Assembly: GCA_977030845.1 (NCBI GenBank)
Contig: OZ365113.1
Span: forward strand, 11,284,001-11,348,000
From: Fimbriosthenelais zetlandica
Taxonomy: Eukaryota
DNA length: 64,000 nt
Reading direction: 5' to 3'
Shown: positions 47,701-61,200 of the stretch, in pieces
How positions within the stretch are numbered: position 1 is the first letter of the stretch
Layout of the letters: every line of letters starts with the position of its first letter
Translations under genes and position numbers: made by a program
The notes under the pieces: model-generated
Databases searched by the model: none
Told to the model about the DNA's origin: nothing
The model's input: the letters and a program-made list of their open reading frames with translations, nothing else

Positions 47701-50700
47701 CCTGTCACCTGAATGGCCCGGATGTTTTCATGGCTGGAATTTTCACGGGAATTATTGTATTGTATAGCTGCGGTGGATCAGTGATTGGACAATTGTTGTT
47801 TGAGAGACCATTATGTCCGATTTTGTTCAAAATTCTGGTCAACTACATGGTAGCGGAAATGGGGTGTGTTGTCAGCGGAAGTCACAAGCATTCATTGGGG
47901 GCAACGTAGTTGCAGTACTTATAACTGTAAAGTTATAAGTACTGCACAACTAGCTAGGCCTACTTTTGTTAGTTTGTGCTAGTTTTCCTACCATTGTTTT
48001 AGATGAGAAATATAAGAGGTTATGGTATTCAATGAGGGTGAAGTTATAATTGATGTGCTCGACTAGTGTACATGTGTTTGTACACATTATGAATTTCCCA
48101 CTGGGAGGGAGAAGCCAGAAGGGTTTGGCGGACCTTTTTATCGACTGAGCAGTACTACTCTCTACTGAATCTGAACAGAGGAGGGCAAAGATACAGCGGC
48201 AAATTATGTTTACAACACAAGGAGGTGCACAGGGACATACAGAAGAGAAACACATTCGAATATCTGAAATATTTTGAATAGACTAACAAAAAATGACTAA
48301 GAGCTTGCGGAAAGGACTGTTCTAATAGAAACAACAGCTCGCATTCCCCGAGGTTGACTCGGGACTGGAAAGGAAAATTGATATTGATAAGTTAGCAAAA
48401 AAAATATATTGATACATTTCTATGAAATTTTCTTAATATTATTATAAATACATAATTTCAGGTATGAGAACTGAGAACTGTAGTATCCTATATCAAATAG
48501 TGGTGCTAGAATGTTTTACAATGTCCACAAATATTCTGAAGGATGTATACTTCTCAGACGGTTGTTTGTATCCATACCTGCTTTTCTCACACCACTTACT
48601 AACAGGAGAATAATGGAGAGGTTGTCTACCTGACCTTGACTTGTCCTGGCTGACTACTGACCATCCGGTGCTTGTCCTCACTCTTTATATCATCCCGAGA
48701 TAATGTAGCAGTAAGGGAAGTCTTATGTTATGACATCTTCCTTTTGCTTCCTGTCATATTCACAGTGCTCCTGTAATCAGTTAAAAATGGCTATAATATA
48801 GTAAAATGATCTCCACAAAAACAATGATATTGACAAAAATTTTCAATCAGAAAACTATTTATATAAAGGAACTGTTTCTGAGAACATAAACTTCCGGGTT
48901 ACCAATTCTATTGCCTCGTCAAAGTCTAGAATAGGGGAAAACAAAATGTCTTTGCCAATATTTTTCTTAGGCGCCCCCTATGATTGACTGGGATATGAAT
49001 GATGTCATCATTTTGCCCTTGGCAACAAACCAAACCACTTAGAAAAAGAGTTCAATAAAGACAATAAAACAGTTGTATAAGTATGGGGCTCAGGGAATGA
49101 TGTTGTACCGGGAAATGGGCGATTCAATATGATAAGTATATTTCCCATTGATTCAATCCCATGAGTTTTGTATAACAGAGGCTTATAGTCTGATGCATAT
49201 CCAAGTCTTTATCTTTGGCTTCAAGTTTTCTTTCTCTAAATATTTGTTTGGTTGCCTCCTGTAATGTGGAAATACTGGGGACTGATTTATAAAGCTAGCA
49301 AATGCCTACTAACTGTCTATATTGTATTTCATAAGCAGATAATAGACAATTGATAGGACGTTGGATGTACTTACATTGAGATATTCTGGTAGCATTAACT
49401 TTGCTGTCTATTTTTTGAAACATTACAAAATGGAAACAGACAATCATCCAGCTGCATGTATTTGGAGTCCACCCTTAAGAGGTGAGCTGCTCATTGGTTT
49501 ATATATATAGACTGACCAGATACAAGTAGACCCATGTAGACTGACATGGCTGGTCTACGCACATCCCTCCACCTCCACATTGAGTGTAAGGAATCAGCAG
49601 CCCGGCCCCCTTTGATGCTCTTTTCAATTACATACACACTACGGCAGGCATGTATATCAATTTCCCCCTGCTAGTCGCCAGACATTGCCTTCTATTCCCC
49701 TGCTCCACTTGTTGCCCTGCTGTTGTGGATAAGTAGAAAGGGGTTGGGGGACTAAATCATCATTGTCTGGCGAGAATTTATAATCTGAAAATCACTCTTT
49801 CACTGTCTATTTCTAACAGAATAAGACATCAACAGGTCAGTGTTGAATTAGCCGATGAAAACAGAACAAATGTAAACGGACATTAAGCCCTATAATTATG
49901 CAGCTCTAAAAGAGATAGTTGAAATATTTTTTTTTATATTGACATAATCTATTATAGGTTCTCGTGCCGCCGTAAGACCTTGTTGTACTTTTGAATGCAT
50001 TGTGGTCTTGTATTATCACATGCTCCAATATGCCCTGCCCACCCACTCACTCTGCCCCAGCCCCCAGACCCTCCAGATTCCATGATCTGGCAGGAGGATG
50101 GTGAGGTCTAACAGCCTGCTAACGTCCAATACACCATCAACTGACCAGCTGTGCCCCTGACTCACCACCTCTCATAGGGGGCTTACATTCAGGCACGGCT
50201 AGCGCCACCAGTATATGGATGCAGGCTTGGTTGAGAACAGGTCAGCTACCATATATCTTCCAATAGGGCAGCTACATCTCCAATGCCTTCCATTGCTTGA
50301 TATTATTTGCAAAATCCACCCTACAACTACAATCGACTCATTTACAGCCTGTCATTCAATTGAAGTCATAGATACTGTATTTTGTGTTCCTTGGCATGGA
50401 CCTATTTTTTGTTATATTTGACAGTGGACAGCAGTGAGAAAACCCAGAGAAATGGTGGACTAAGCCTAAATAGAATATTTTATTCTTTTCAACTATATAT
50501 TCAAACGTTCCATTGTAACTAAATGTTAGAGTCAATTGCACCACCTACTCCATAGAGAGGCTAACAATCTTGGTTTCGTCTGAGAGGACTTAGTTTTATC
50601 CTATAGTTAGGGATTTAGTAAGCATGGCCTCCCAAGAAGGGGACACAAGATGAAGTATCACCCCTCTCCCACTTGATCATCACACATACTCCAGCCTCAT

Positions 50701-52179
50701 CTAATGCAATATAGTGCTGGTTCATTGGGTTATTGACAAGTGACCCAGTGCTATTTCATCCCCTTAAATTGGACATAATCACTTTTGGCCAGGTGGGGAA
50801 TTATGCCTAACTCGGTGAATTCTCCCATTTTTTCCTGTCCCTATATCAGTACTCGAAAGAATTAAATGAAGACTGTGAAGATTGTACTAAGTGACTCTGT
50901 AAATAGGATTACCTTCAGATAAGTCTTGACGTGGCAGGGAAATTGTAATCCTTTAGATTGTAATGATGCCTAATTAGCCCCGTCCGAGCGGGAAAATTGT
51001 TCTGAATTAGGAAAAATTAAGATGGGGATAATATGAAAGGGTTGGTCTCTAAATATTTGACTACCTCGGATCTTATGAACCTACTAAAGAGAATATATCT
51101 GCCTCATCTCGTTAAAGAAATACATAGGTAATCGACCTATGGGCAAGGTAGCTTTGAGGTAAAGACAGACACAATAAAGTTGTAGAGAGACCGTACGGAG
51201 GCCTGCAACAGGGTCATAAGAACTGACCAAAGGGATCCCTGCCATCCCCCCGGGTGCTAAATCCCCATAAGATAGTGGCAGGCATCATCTGTATTCCCAT
51301 AACTGTCTGTGGCCAAGTTGATGTTGCCATAGCTCTGCAGAAATGATATGCTTAGCAAGCTGAAATCACTATGGGACAGAACATATAGGGATATTGATAA
51401 GAAAGGGAAGGACAGGATGAGAGAAAAAGACAGAAAGATATTGAGCAGTATGGAATCACCCTCCGGTTCCCCATTATGCAAAAGTAAAACTTTCCTGGGA
51501 ATTTTTCTCTCAAATGCATTACAAAATGTCCTCCCTCAATGGAATTATAGAGGAAGAAAATACTCCCACGTACGATTCCATTGTACAGTGGATTAAATTG
51601 AATTATACATATAGCTTATAACCCAATTAGGATCTTTATGGGTAAGGTGTTTCACATTATAGCAATGTTATTATTCAAGGAAACGACCTATATTGTTACA
51701 GAATATGAGCAGCAGTGAACGGTCTAATCCGACTTATAATTTCTAGGATGCATAATCCCCCCTGGAAATGGGATGGTTTAATGCTTCCAATATGCTATTA
51801 ATATCTGCATCAGAAACCATTAAGACCTCTTTAAGAACTACCTGTATGTTTTATCTTGGCCTTGCAGTATAACACCCCATGTCATATGAATGAATGACAG
51901 AATCCACATGAAGATAGATATACATGTATGTGGTGTTGGGATGTAACCCGGTCACAGAGGCGCCATCTGTGATGTGTAAGACATACTACACCGTGCAGAG
52001 CTGTTCAGTGAGTGGAATGTGGTTAGAGCACCCTCTCTGGTTACACAGCAGATGTCTGTCTATTGATAATTATACATGTATTATATACATTTTTATATCA
52101 CAACTTGGCTTGTTATTACACTCCCAACACGCTGATCTGGCCGTTGCGTTTTCTTGACGAAAATCACAGGTAAAATCTG

Positions 52180-52720
52180 CATTTTTCATCAGCATAATTA
52201 TTTCAACAGTGGTGAAACGAGGGAAGATTTATGGACATGTTTAATAAAGTGTTGAGGTAGAAGTTGTGATATTAATATGAAATACAACTCGACATTCATC
52301 TGCTCTAGCAGATGGGTGGCACTCGGGGTGTAAAAACATGCAGATAATCGCTCATGGCTTGCTCTCACAGATCAACGACTCGTTGTACTATTCCATATAA
52401 GTATCACCACAACCCAAGGACAATTGAATCATTCCCTTTAAAACAGTCATCAGGCTTATCTGAATTATTATGAGAAAATCAATGGATATTTCTTCCAAGA
52501 CCTGAGATTTACGAGACGTTAAAAGTTATTACGACATGATGAGGAATGGTCTTTGAAGTAAACCTCGACCTGTTGGAGACTGTTGCTCAAGTTGACTAAA
52601 TGAGTTTTCTGCCCTGAATAACACTATGACCTTTTGAAATCCATTAGAGCAATGGTTATTGATTAGCTTTTTCACCCTTTTTAATTACACTGAACGTAGC
52701 ATCAGGTTTACTCTGTAACT
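52180..52720 (-). mobile_element. Possible fossil LINE RT fragment
   Basis: TIALMDFKR, LSNSLQQVEV and YADE remnants; the spacing is longer than expected. Confidence 0.28.
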
Positions 52721-54235
52721 ACTTTGAACATGCAACCACTCCCCAGACCTCGAGAGAGCTTGTTCTGAATTTGGTAAGAAAATAGCTCCTCCTTATTTTA
52801 ATAGTACGAAATAATATTCACGACAGAGTTAATCGCATATATATTGCTGTAATACTTTTTTCTCTAGCTAACTTAATTCAATTATTCTATTTTTACTTGG
52901 ATCAGACTCTCCTTACAGACGGAGAACTTTCGTTTTTTCTAATCATAGGGACAAGGCGTGAAATCCACCACCCAATAGCACAAACAGTCTCCTGACCTCT
53001 GATAGATTAGCATTAGTCTGGCATTTAAAGTGGGAGTAAAAAATGTTCAGGCCAAGAATTTGACCTATACATGTATTAAATTAGTTTCTTAAGGATTCAA
53101 ATGGAGTATACTATGCAAAGGATTCCTGATATTTTTCGTATATGATTCGACTACCACCTTGCTTGAGTAGCCCTATATTAAACATTTAAAGATAATGCTA
53201 CTTCCTTGAACAAGTCTGGTTATGCAAGAAGTATGGATATCTTTCGAAATGTGTAGTGGGTTGCGGTGTCATAATCAAAACTTATAATACACATGTGGCT
53301 GGCAATATGAATTTATTGGTCATACTTCCTTATGTATACACTCCAATAAATGTATAAACATCAAAAGTATAAAAATTATATAACTGTCTGGCAAATCCTT
53401 AATTTATGTTAGGATAAACTTGAACTTATTTAATACTAACCATTTATAATCACATCAACGTGCATTGAACGATTGATCTTAGAGGGGGTCGTGATCTTGG
53501 TTCACTGGAATTTGTCAAGATCTCAACTCAAGGAGATCTTTAATGAATTTAGACTTCTCATTCTTCTTACACTGACGAGTTGGAGACTTTCAGGTAGGCC
53601 TATACTAGAGGTGCACTTTACAGAAACACTCCGAAACACATCGGTGAATGTTAAAAGGACAGGAAGTTCATTATATAAGCTGACAAAGGTAGCATCCATT
53701 GCTGTTCCTTAGTATATGGCATTGGCTTCTTTACAGTGTATCATTAGGAAAGGTAGGATTATAGATAAATGTTTATAGAAAGTATGTTTAATGCATCAGT
53801 GTTTTATGTTACGAGTTCAATCTGATTGTATTTAGGATTTAAAACCAGCAAAAGTGATCTTAGCAATTGTATCCTGCGTTTGTAAATAAGAAGGATTATC
53901 AGCGTGTTAACGGGGGTAACAATCAACCTGCAGGACTGACGGCTTAGGATATTATCTGGTGAATGGAGATTAATGAAAGACAACTAAGTATCGAAAGAGA
54001 TCCTAACATAATATAATGTGGGCCATTAAAAAATATAAGGTATTGCATTATTTCCAAAGAAAGTGTCGTTTCCTCTGTAGACCTACTTAGGTCCACAATT
54101 GCACAAAAACAAAGTAAAGTGTTTATCGAGTGAGCTATTGAGAGGAGTCGTGGGGTAGGGGAGGACCGATATGTTTGTATTTTTGGCTTTGGTTATAACG
54201 CCCTATCACCTACAGGTATAACGGCTCAAGACCCC

Positions 54236-54346
54236 TGCCTGCCCAATCGAGCTAACTGCCCTACCTGCCCAATCAAGCTAACTACCCTCACCACAGGCCT
54301 ACTTATGTGACGTAATACATCCTTGTCACTGCTTGTCGGCCATTTT
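54236..54346. promoter_or_regulatory. Promoter-like patch: duplicated CCAAT unit + CRE-like + YY1-like motif
   Basis: CCTGCCCAATC[G/A]AGCTAACT[G/A]CCCT x2, TGACGTAA, CGGCCATTTT. Confidence 0.3.
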
Positions 54347-57300
54347 TGTTTAGAAACGTATTTAAACTTGTGTGAATATAATGGGAGGATGTACCGAATA
54401 TGAAGAACAACAATAATAACTACAAACGATTGAGAAAGTTGACAATGGAGGAGATACCATGTAGGATAATAGAGGTATCTGTATGATTACTTTAAAACAG
54501 TTGATATGTGGTCATACATGTGACCATTGAATATTCACCTGACCAATGATCGTATGTGTACGCCTTGTCTTGGCATGCGTGCCAATCAAATCCCGCACAT
54601 GTTGACCAGCTTGTATAGATACCAGTAGACCACCATTCAAATTGCTGCAAGTATATATACTATTCTATCACTATACGTATCTAGAAATTTATAGAAAAGT
54701 GGCCGAGGAAACCAATCCTCAGTGGAGGTTTGGATATTTTAGGTTTTTACCGTTTCCGTTTCTCTTGCATTCCATATGCGCCATAATTCATCATCAGTAG
54801 GCGTGATATACTTCACTCAACACTTACTGTCAAGGACCCTTTTGGTGTCTTTTTACACCATAGCCTTATGTTATAAATAGTCGTTTCATATTTTCATTCT
54901 GCCCATGAAATCATTGACACACTTCTAGAGTTCTAGAGTTCCTACGGTATTAGGGTTAGAATCCCTGATAATTGCCTCGCTAATTGAGTATCTACCCTCC
55001 TACGATGGTATACACCTCTCCCACTATGGCTATAAGAGCTAATGTGAGTTTACACTTCTACCAATTCTCTCTCGAGAAATGACGTCAAATGGCCATCTCA
55101 TTTTTTCCAATATATTATAAAAATGACAAATATTGCTTGAGATATTGCTTTAGTGTAAATCAGGAACATGCTCCAAATGCAACTCACTAGGCTGGTTATT
55201 TGGGTGCACTGCAAGAATGTGATGCCCAGCGTTGATGGGAGGAAATAGGGTAGTTTTCTTTTAAAATGAACCACAAAGGGATCGGTACTGTGGTTTCCCC
55301 TTATTAAAAGGCCACCGGATGGCATGGCCAGCGTTAATTGTGCCTGATTAGTGCCATGACTTGTGCCACCTTCACTTCCTCATTTTTCTTTTCTTCTTTC
55401 AGCGAGCTGACTCGGATGCTGACCAGAGTCCCCTGAGCTGTGATTTAAGCGGCATGTATAGGTAGGTGAATTAACTACTTCAATTACTCTCTACTGCCAA
55501 TGCTTTGATACTACATTTTACTTCAGTTACCAGTTAGCAGGGAGATAACGAGATTGACTATATGTCATAGGTAATGACAAATTACACCTGACTCTAATCA
55601 TTGGATACATTAATGCAATCATTGTATGCATATTTTTATAAGATTTATTAAAAACAAATCAAAATGTTTTGTTATAAATTAGGTCTAATGCGGCTAATTA
55701 TATGTCTTTCTCTTATCTCCCTGGAATTGTATACATATCCTCATGTATTGATTGCTTATATAATAATATCTTAATATTAAGTCGCCTATAATATTGTTTA
55801 AACACGTAAATCCGGTAAGTCTATCACAAATGTATAACTTGGGTTTCTTTGTGTTGATTTACTGTTGTATTTAGTGTGTTATAATTTTAAAACTGGTTTA
55901 TTTGTGAGTGTTTAGGGTTAGAAAATTTATGTTTTTGAATTATAATATTAACGCGGTTTATCCGTAATTCGGTTGAAATGGTTGATGTGTTTAATTCTAT
56001 GGTAGGATCAGTCAAACATAGTGCCCCCTAAGATAATATTTTCAAACTGTTTACCCCTAAACTGAAAAGATAAGTTATAAAAGGTTTTATTTTCATTTTC
56101 ATAATTTCTTTTGCAATAATGCTAAGATTAGAAAATATGCTCCTCTGCAGCGTTCAAAATACATTACATGCGCATTTAGTTCATATTGCTGTTTTAGTTT
56201 GGAAGCAAATACCACGCATATTAATTAATTCCTATTATAGTCTCACTCCATCTTGCATGCACAACATTCAATGCTTCATGAGCTACAGACACGCTTTCAA
56301 AAATCAAACTGCAAAGTACATTCACAATAAGTATGCATTTGTCTTTGGTATATTCATCAAAGCATGTGTAGAGTATAACTGGCATAGCTGGTAGCCTAAC
56401 TTAAGTAATAATGTGTCGGTTTGGTTGATTTTAACCTTAGAAGGTAGGCCTAGATGAACACAGTTGGTTCAGCTGCTATTTTGTACATCTGCGTTTTGGG
56501 GAGATGTACTACTGAAAGAAGACACTCTGGTTTTGATGTTATCATAAAAAGATAGTACCAGAAAAGAAATATGCAAAAATTAATAATTTCGGAGTTATTA
56601 CAAAGATTCTACGACATATAACATAGTTTTCTTCATCCTATTTGAAACTTCCGCTGGTTGGTTTCATTTAAAGGTTCACCATAAAAGCCTAAAAGACAAA
56701 CTACATGATTGTACCTATAGACGCTCCTGACACCTAGTGTCGCCAGCGGTAATCAAGGCACACTAGCGACCCCTTTAATACTAACTATGAACTAAGATAC
56801 TATGCGGATCATTATAATTATGTCTTCTGAATTCCATGATGGTCTGTATTGTCCCTTTCATCCTATATGGAGCGGGTAATTTTGAGGATTTAATTTCATT
56901 TTATTAGTACTATATACAACTATTTATTTGATCTTGCATAAAGGCTATTAGTCCTAATTTCCCGGAGAAATATTAGTCAAATTATAGTGATAATACAGTA
57001 ATAATACAGGCGATGGCAAATTTGGGATGGCGGTTGTGGTTGGGGTGGTCAGGTCGCAAAGTTGGGAGAGGCAAAACAGAATTAAAGCCAAGGCAGTAGG
57101 ATGGATCTCTAGGGCGATGTACCTGTACATTTAAGATGCATGTATAGAAATGCAACCTGTGTAAAAAATCTTGCACATATGAAAATGTAAGGTCTATTAG
57201 TAATTTACATAATGTATAGTATATTCATCATATTGTAAACACTATTCTCTGGCCCTCAGTGCTGCATCTTTGCCTATAGACTACATGAGGGCTCCGTTCT

Positions 57301-58123
57301 TTAAAATCAATATGGAAAGCTGGGGCTGGAGCTGTGTGGTTTCCGCTTCACTCTGTCGCGCCTCCCACCTTCCCCTCCTCCCTCCTGCCTAGTACCGGCA
57401 AAATGCTTCATGTATCACTCCGCCAGCTGCCCTGTCACTCCCTAATATTCTGCTGGCGCACTCTGAATTTAGTGCTGCTCGTGTAGTCTGCAGGAATGGC
57501 GGATCAAGAAAATGGCAGAAAATCAGGACTGTTAAGTCATTATAGTGTGGAGGTCACGAGTAAAATTATTTTAAAAAAAACTAGAAAACAAAACAAATCA
57601 TGCATCAATAGTATACGTCATGCTTGTGTGTATTTAAACAGGCAGTGGTATTTTAAAATTATTATTAGCATTTCGTCTTCTCAGAATGAGATGCAGCCTT
57701 GTCAGATATTCCTGGATGTATTTTGAATATTATGTCAATATAAGATCGAGTTCCAAAACTGTTAGGAAAACGTATTTGGGTATGTAGACGCTGGGCATGG
57801 GTTAAAATAGACAGATTGTTGTCGTCTGCCCCTCCATATACCACTCCCCATCCACCCCTTATCCCACCAAGCCTCAGGCCTTCTCTATCTCCACTCTCGA
57901 TATCTCACAATTCCACGCCTATCTACCAGCTCATTCCTAATGTCCAGCCAAGCGGACTGGGGTCCATTAGAATGCTATTGATTGACCTTGGAAATGAGGG
58001 CTCTACTTCTACATATAGCTGCTGTGCTCACCCCAGGGCCTCATATCGTATGATGAGGACTTTCTCAAGTGAACAGCGCTGATTAAAGGTGGCTCCAGAA
58101 GGCGCCTTAAATTTTGTTGTTTT

Positions 58124-58274
58124 TTTTAGTTAGAATTTGTATAGGGCCTGTTATGGATGGATACCAGCTGACACTCTTGATTACCGGTACTCAAGTTTTC
58201 GTATGATTTTCAGCTGGGGGCTCTTTCTATGTGCATTACTACATTGCCTTCTGTGCAATGGATGATTCTATGTG
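58124..58274 (+). repeat. Dispersed repeat family copy 3
   Basis: Near-identical to 686-831; probable non-autonomous TE fragment. Confidence 0.85.
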
Positions 58275-61200
58275 TTATCGGACAATGAATGAGTAATTTG
58301 TACATACCAGTGAAATAGCAATTATGATGGGTAATTCAATTGCTTGGGCAGACCCATAATTATGAGTTGATTTATAGAAAGTCTAAGAGGATGATACGTC
58401 TATTGGCTACGACGTTTGCATGGTAAAAACCCACAAAATAATTTGAATCGGGCCCTTGAATCCGTTTCTATTGGCTAGCTGTGTCTGGTATCTTATTGAG
58501 ATGGGCCACACCAGAGAGCCGGATAATCAATGTAAATTATTACTCTGCTAACTGCGACTTAATGTGCAATGCATATTTATAAGTCTAGATCGTATATAGG
58601 GCCTACGAAGAGTCCACAGTAACTATAATCAGCTCCGTAGTTTAGATATACATGTGGTGGCACGTGGAAAGGAACGTTAGGAAAGTTGGTGAAGACATTG
58701 AAGGGGGAAAGTAGAGGTAGAACAATTGGGCAAAAAAACAAGCTTGAGAAAATCAGATGGGAGAATCAAAGAAGAAGGAAGAAAAATCCTTAATTTATAA
58801 ATAAGTTGAGTTTGGCGAAATTGCATGGGCAGAAATATACAAATTAGTTGAAATGATTCTAGGATAGACCAGTTGTACATGAATACTTGTAAGAGCTTGG
58901 ATAATTTGAAGGAACTGGTGATGGATATAGTGGTTATACTGTAATGAGAAGAAGCACTCCCCACTGGCAAGCAATTCCTACCAATTCCATCTCTATTTAT
59001 ACCATCCAAGCCTAACTCCCATCACTACTAACTTACTACCGTCTTGTATCAAGTCTTGGCACCTGCATACAAATCATACATGAGCAACCGGCGCTTCTGA
59101 TATTTTCTTTCTAACTTTCTGTTCCCGCTGTTGTGCAATCTTACTCCCGCTACACATCTACAGCTCCCTGCTTCTTCCACAAATTGTAACCCACTCCCCC
59201 CCCCCCCCCTCCCCCATTCCCACACACACACCCATCGTACAGTCTGAGCTGTCCGTAGTACAAGAGCGAGTCCATACGCACTTTTTGCCTGCTTCACATA
59301 TGCTACCTCTTGTAACTACCGCAGTTTACCTGGAAACATATATATTCCAAGACCCGCACACCACTGACCAAACCTTCTCCCCATATACTCCCGCATCTAC
59401 CCATTGCACTTTTGTGTACCTCCCCCGCCTCCTCCAGGTAGTTTCCTGTCCAAATTCAAGGGGTACAGAGGGTACTTATCTCAGGTACCCCTCAAGACTG
59501 TGTTAGAGTGGACTAGGGTCAAGGAAAAAGAGGTCAGGGGTAGGCCTATAGAAAGTATATTGAACCGGACGTGCATTGGATTGAAGCCTTCATCTTGTGA
59601 AGCCTTTATAGCCCGTGGTGGTGGCTGGATATGTGGTCCAGAACTGCAAGCTCTGTCAGGTGAATGCAATCAGTGAAACATGAGTCAAACCATGTCTGAG
59701 CCGTGATAACCTCACCCTTCCTCTTGGATCAGTGACGGGTTTCTAACTGCAAGAATTGTTCTCTCTGAAGTCTGTTTTGCCCTTCCTCGAGCCATTCTTG
59801 CAGTTTGATGAAGGCCTTTACTGTCATATATATATATATGGACCTGAGAAGAAAAGTGGTGTTTTACACAGGACATGGTTGTCGTGTTTCTTTGAGGGTG
59901 CCAGCTTTCCCCCCGAGTGCTCACCATTTTGTTACTCTGATCTTCACTCCACCAAACCATCCATCCAACCATTCATCCATCCATTCCCTCTACTATGTAT
60001 TTACTTAATCATGAACCATCCCCTTCGCTCACCCCTGAATAATTCTTAAAGGATTCCGTGTGATAAATTCAACTTAAATTTATAAGCTTGTTTCGAACAC
60101 TTAAACACTGCAACACATACTATCTGAGTTGGTATAGGGACGACTATATTTGCCTATTACCGTACAGCGTTTCTTCTATTGCCGAATGCTGTTTAGTCTT
60201 AATTGAGAAGAAATGGATACTACCTCAAAATCTGGCCCATGGCATATTATTGATGGGATTTCTGTTTAGCTTCGTGTAGTCTTGGCTTGAAGTGTGGTTG
60301 GTTTTTGTAAAGTTGTTGGCTCACTGGGGTGAGTATATGTTCAGTATTAAGTTATGCCCTCTACCTATACTATACTCCCTCTATACCTCTAAGTTATTCC
60401 CAGGTGATTTCTCCCAGAAATATTAGCTCTGTGGTAGATGTCTGCGGGTATGTTCAGATGCCTTGATAGAAGTGGGGGCGAGTTGGTGGTGGTGGTAGTG
60501 GTAGTGTTTCACTGGATGTCTATTAAGAATGATAAATTATCGCTCTGGCATTTTCATCCAGACTGATGCTGTGGTATTATCCTGACTGCTACACAAGCAG
60601 CCCTTGTCAGTTTAGCCCTAAAGCGACCCAGATGATAGGCTATATACCGGTGTTTGTATATAACTGGCAGTAGGCTCCTTGATGCAGCAGCTATTCTCCT
60701 GCCAAATGATCGTTAATTATAAGTTATTTTATTATTTGTGACGTTGTAAACTGCCCTAGATATCCTACATGGTCCATACTCACTCTGTTAGCACCACAGT
60801 CATTAACATTTACCAGCAGACATTCCTCCTCCTGCACAATGGTGCTTCTATCCACACCTTCCCTTATTACCACCAGATTCATCACCCTCAAACTGCCCCA
60901 CCCTCCCCGGCCATAGTCATCATCTTTTACCATCACCATCACATTGTTATGTCAGGCCCTTCCATTCTACCCCCCCAACCACCAAGCCACCTCACAGATC
61001 AATAACATGTATACTCATCAGTATTTCACTTATCAAAACTCTTCCTTTCACCCAAGTATTATAATGTTTGTAAAGGAAGAATTGCCTGTTTCTATTGAAG
61101 GCATTTACATACCTTATAGTCATACCTTATAGTCCTTCCTCCGAGAACAATGCCTGCCGGTCAGGGCGATGGCTCAGGACTCCAGTCATTTTTAACCACT

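Noticed and set aside
51130-51260. GLQQG resembling the RT motif GxRQG
   Set aside because: Single short motif without ordered neighbours.
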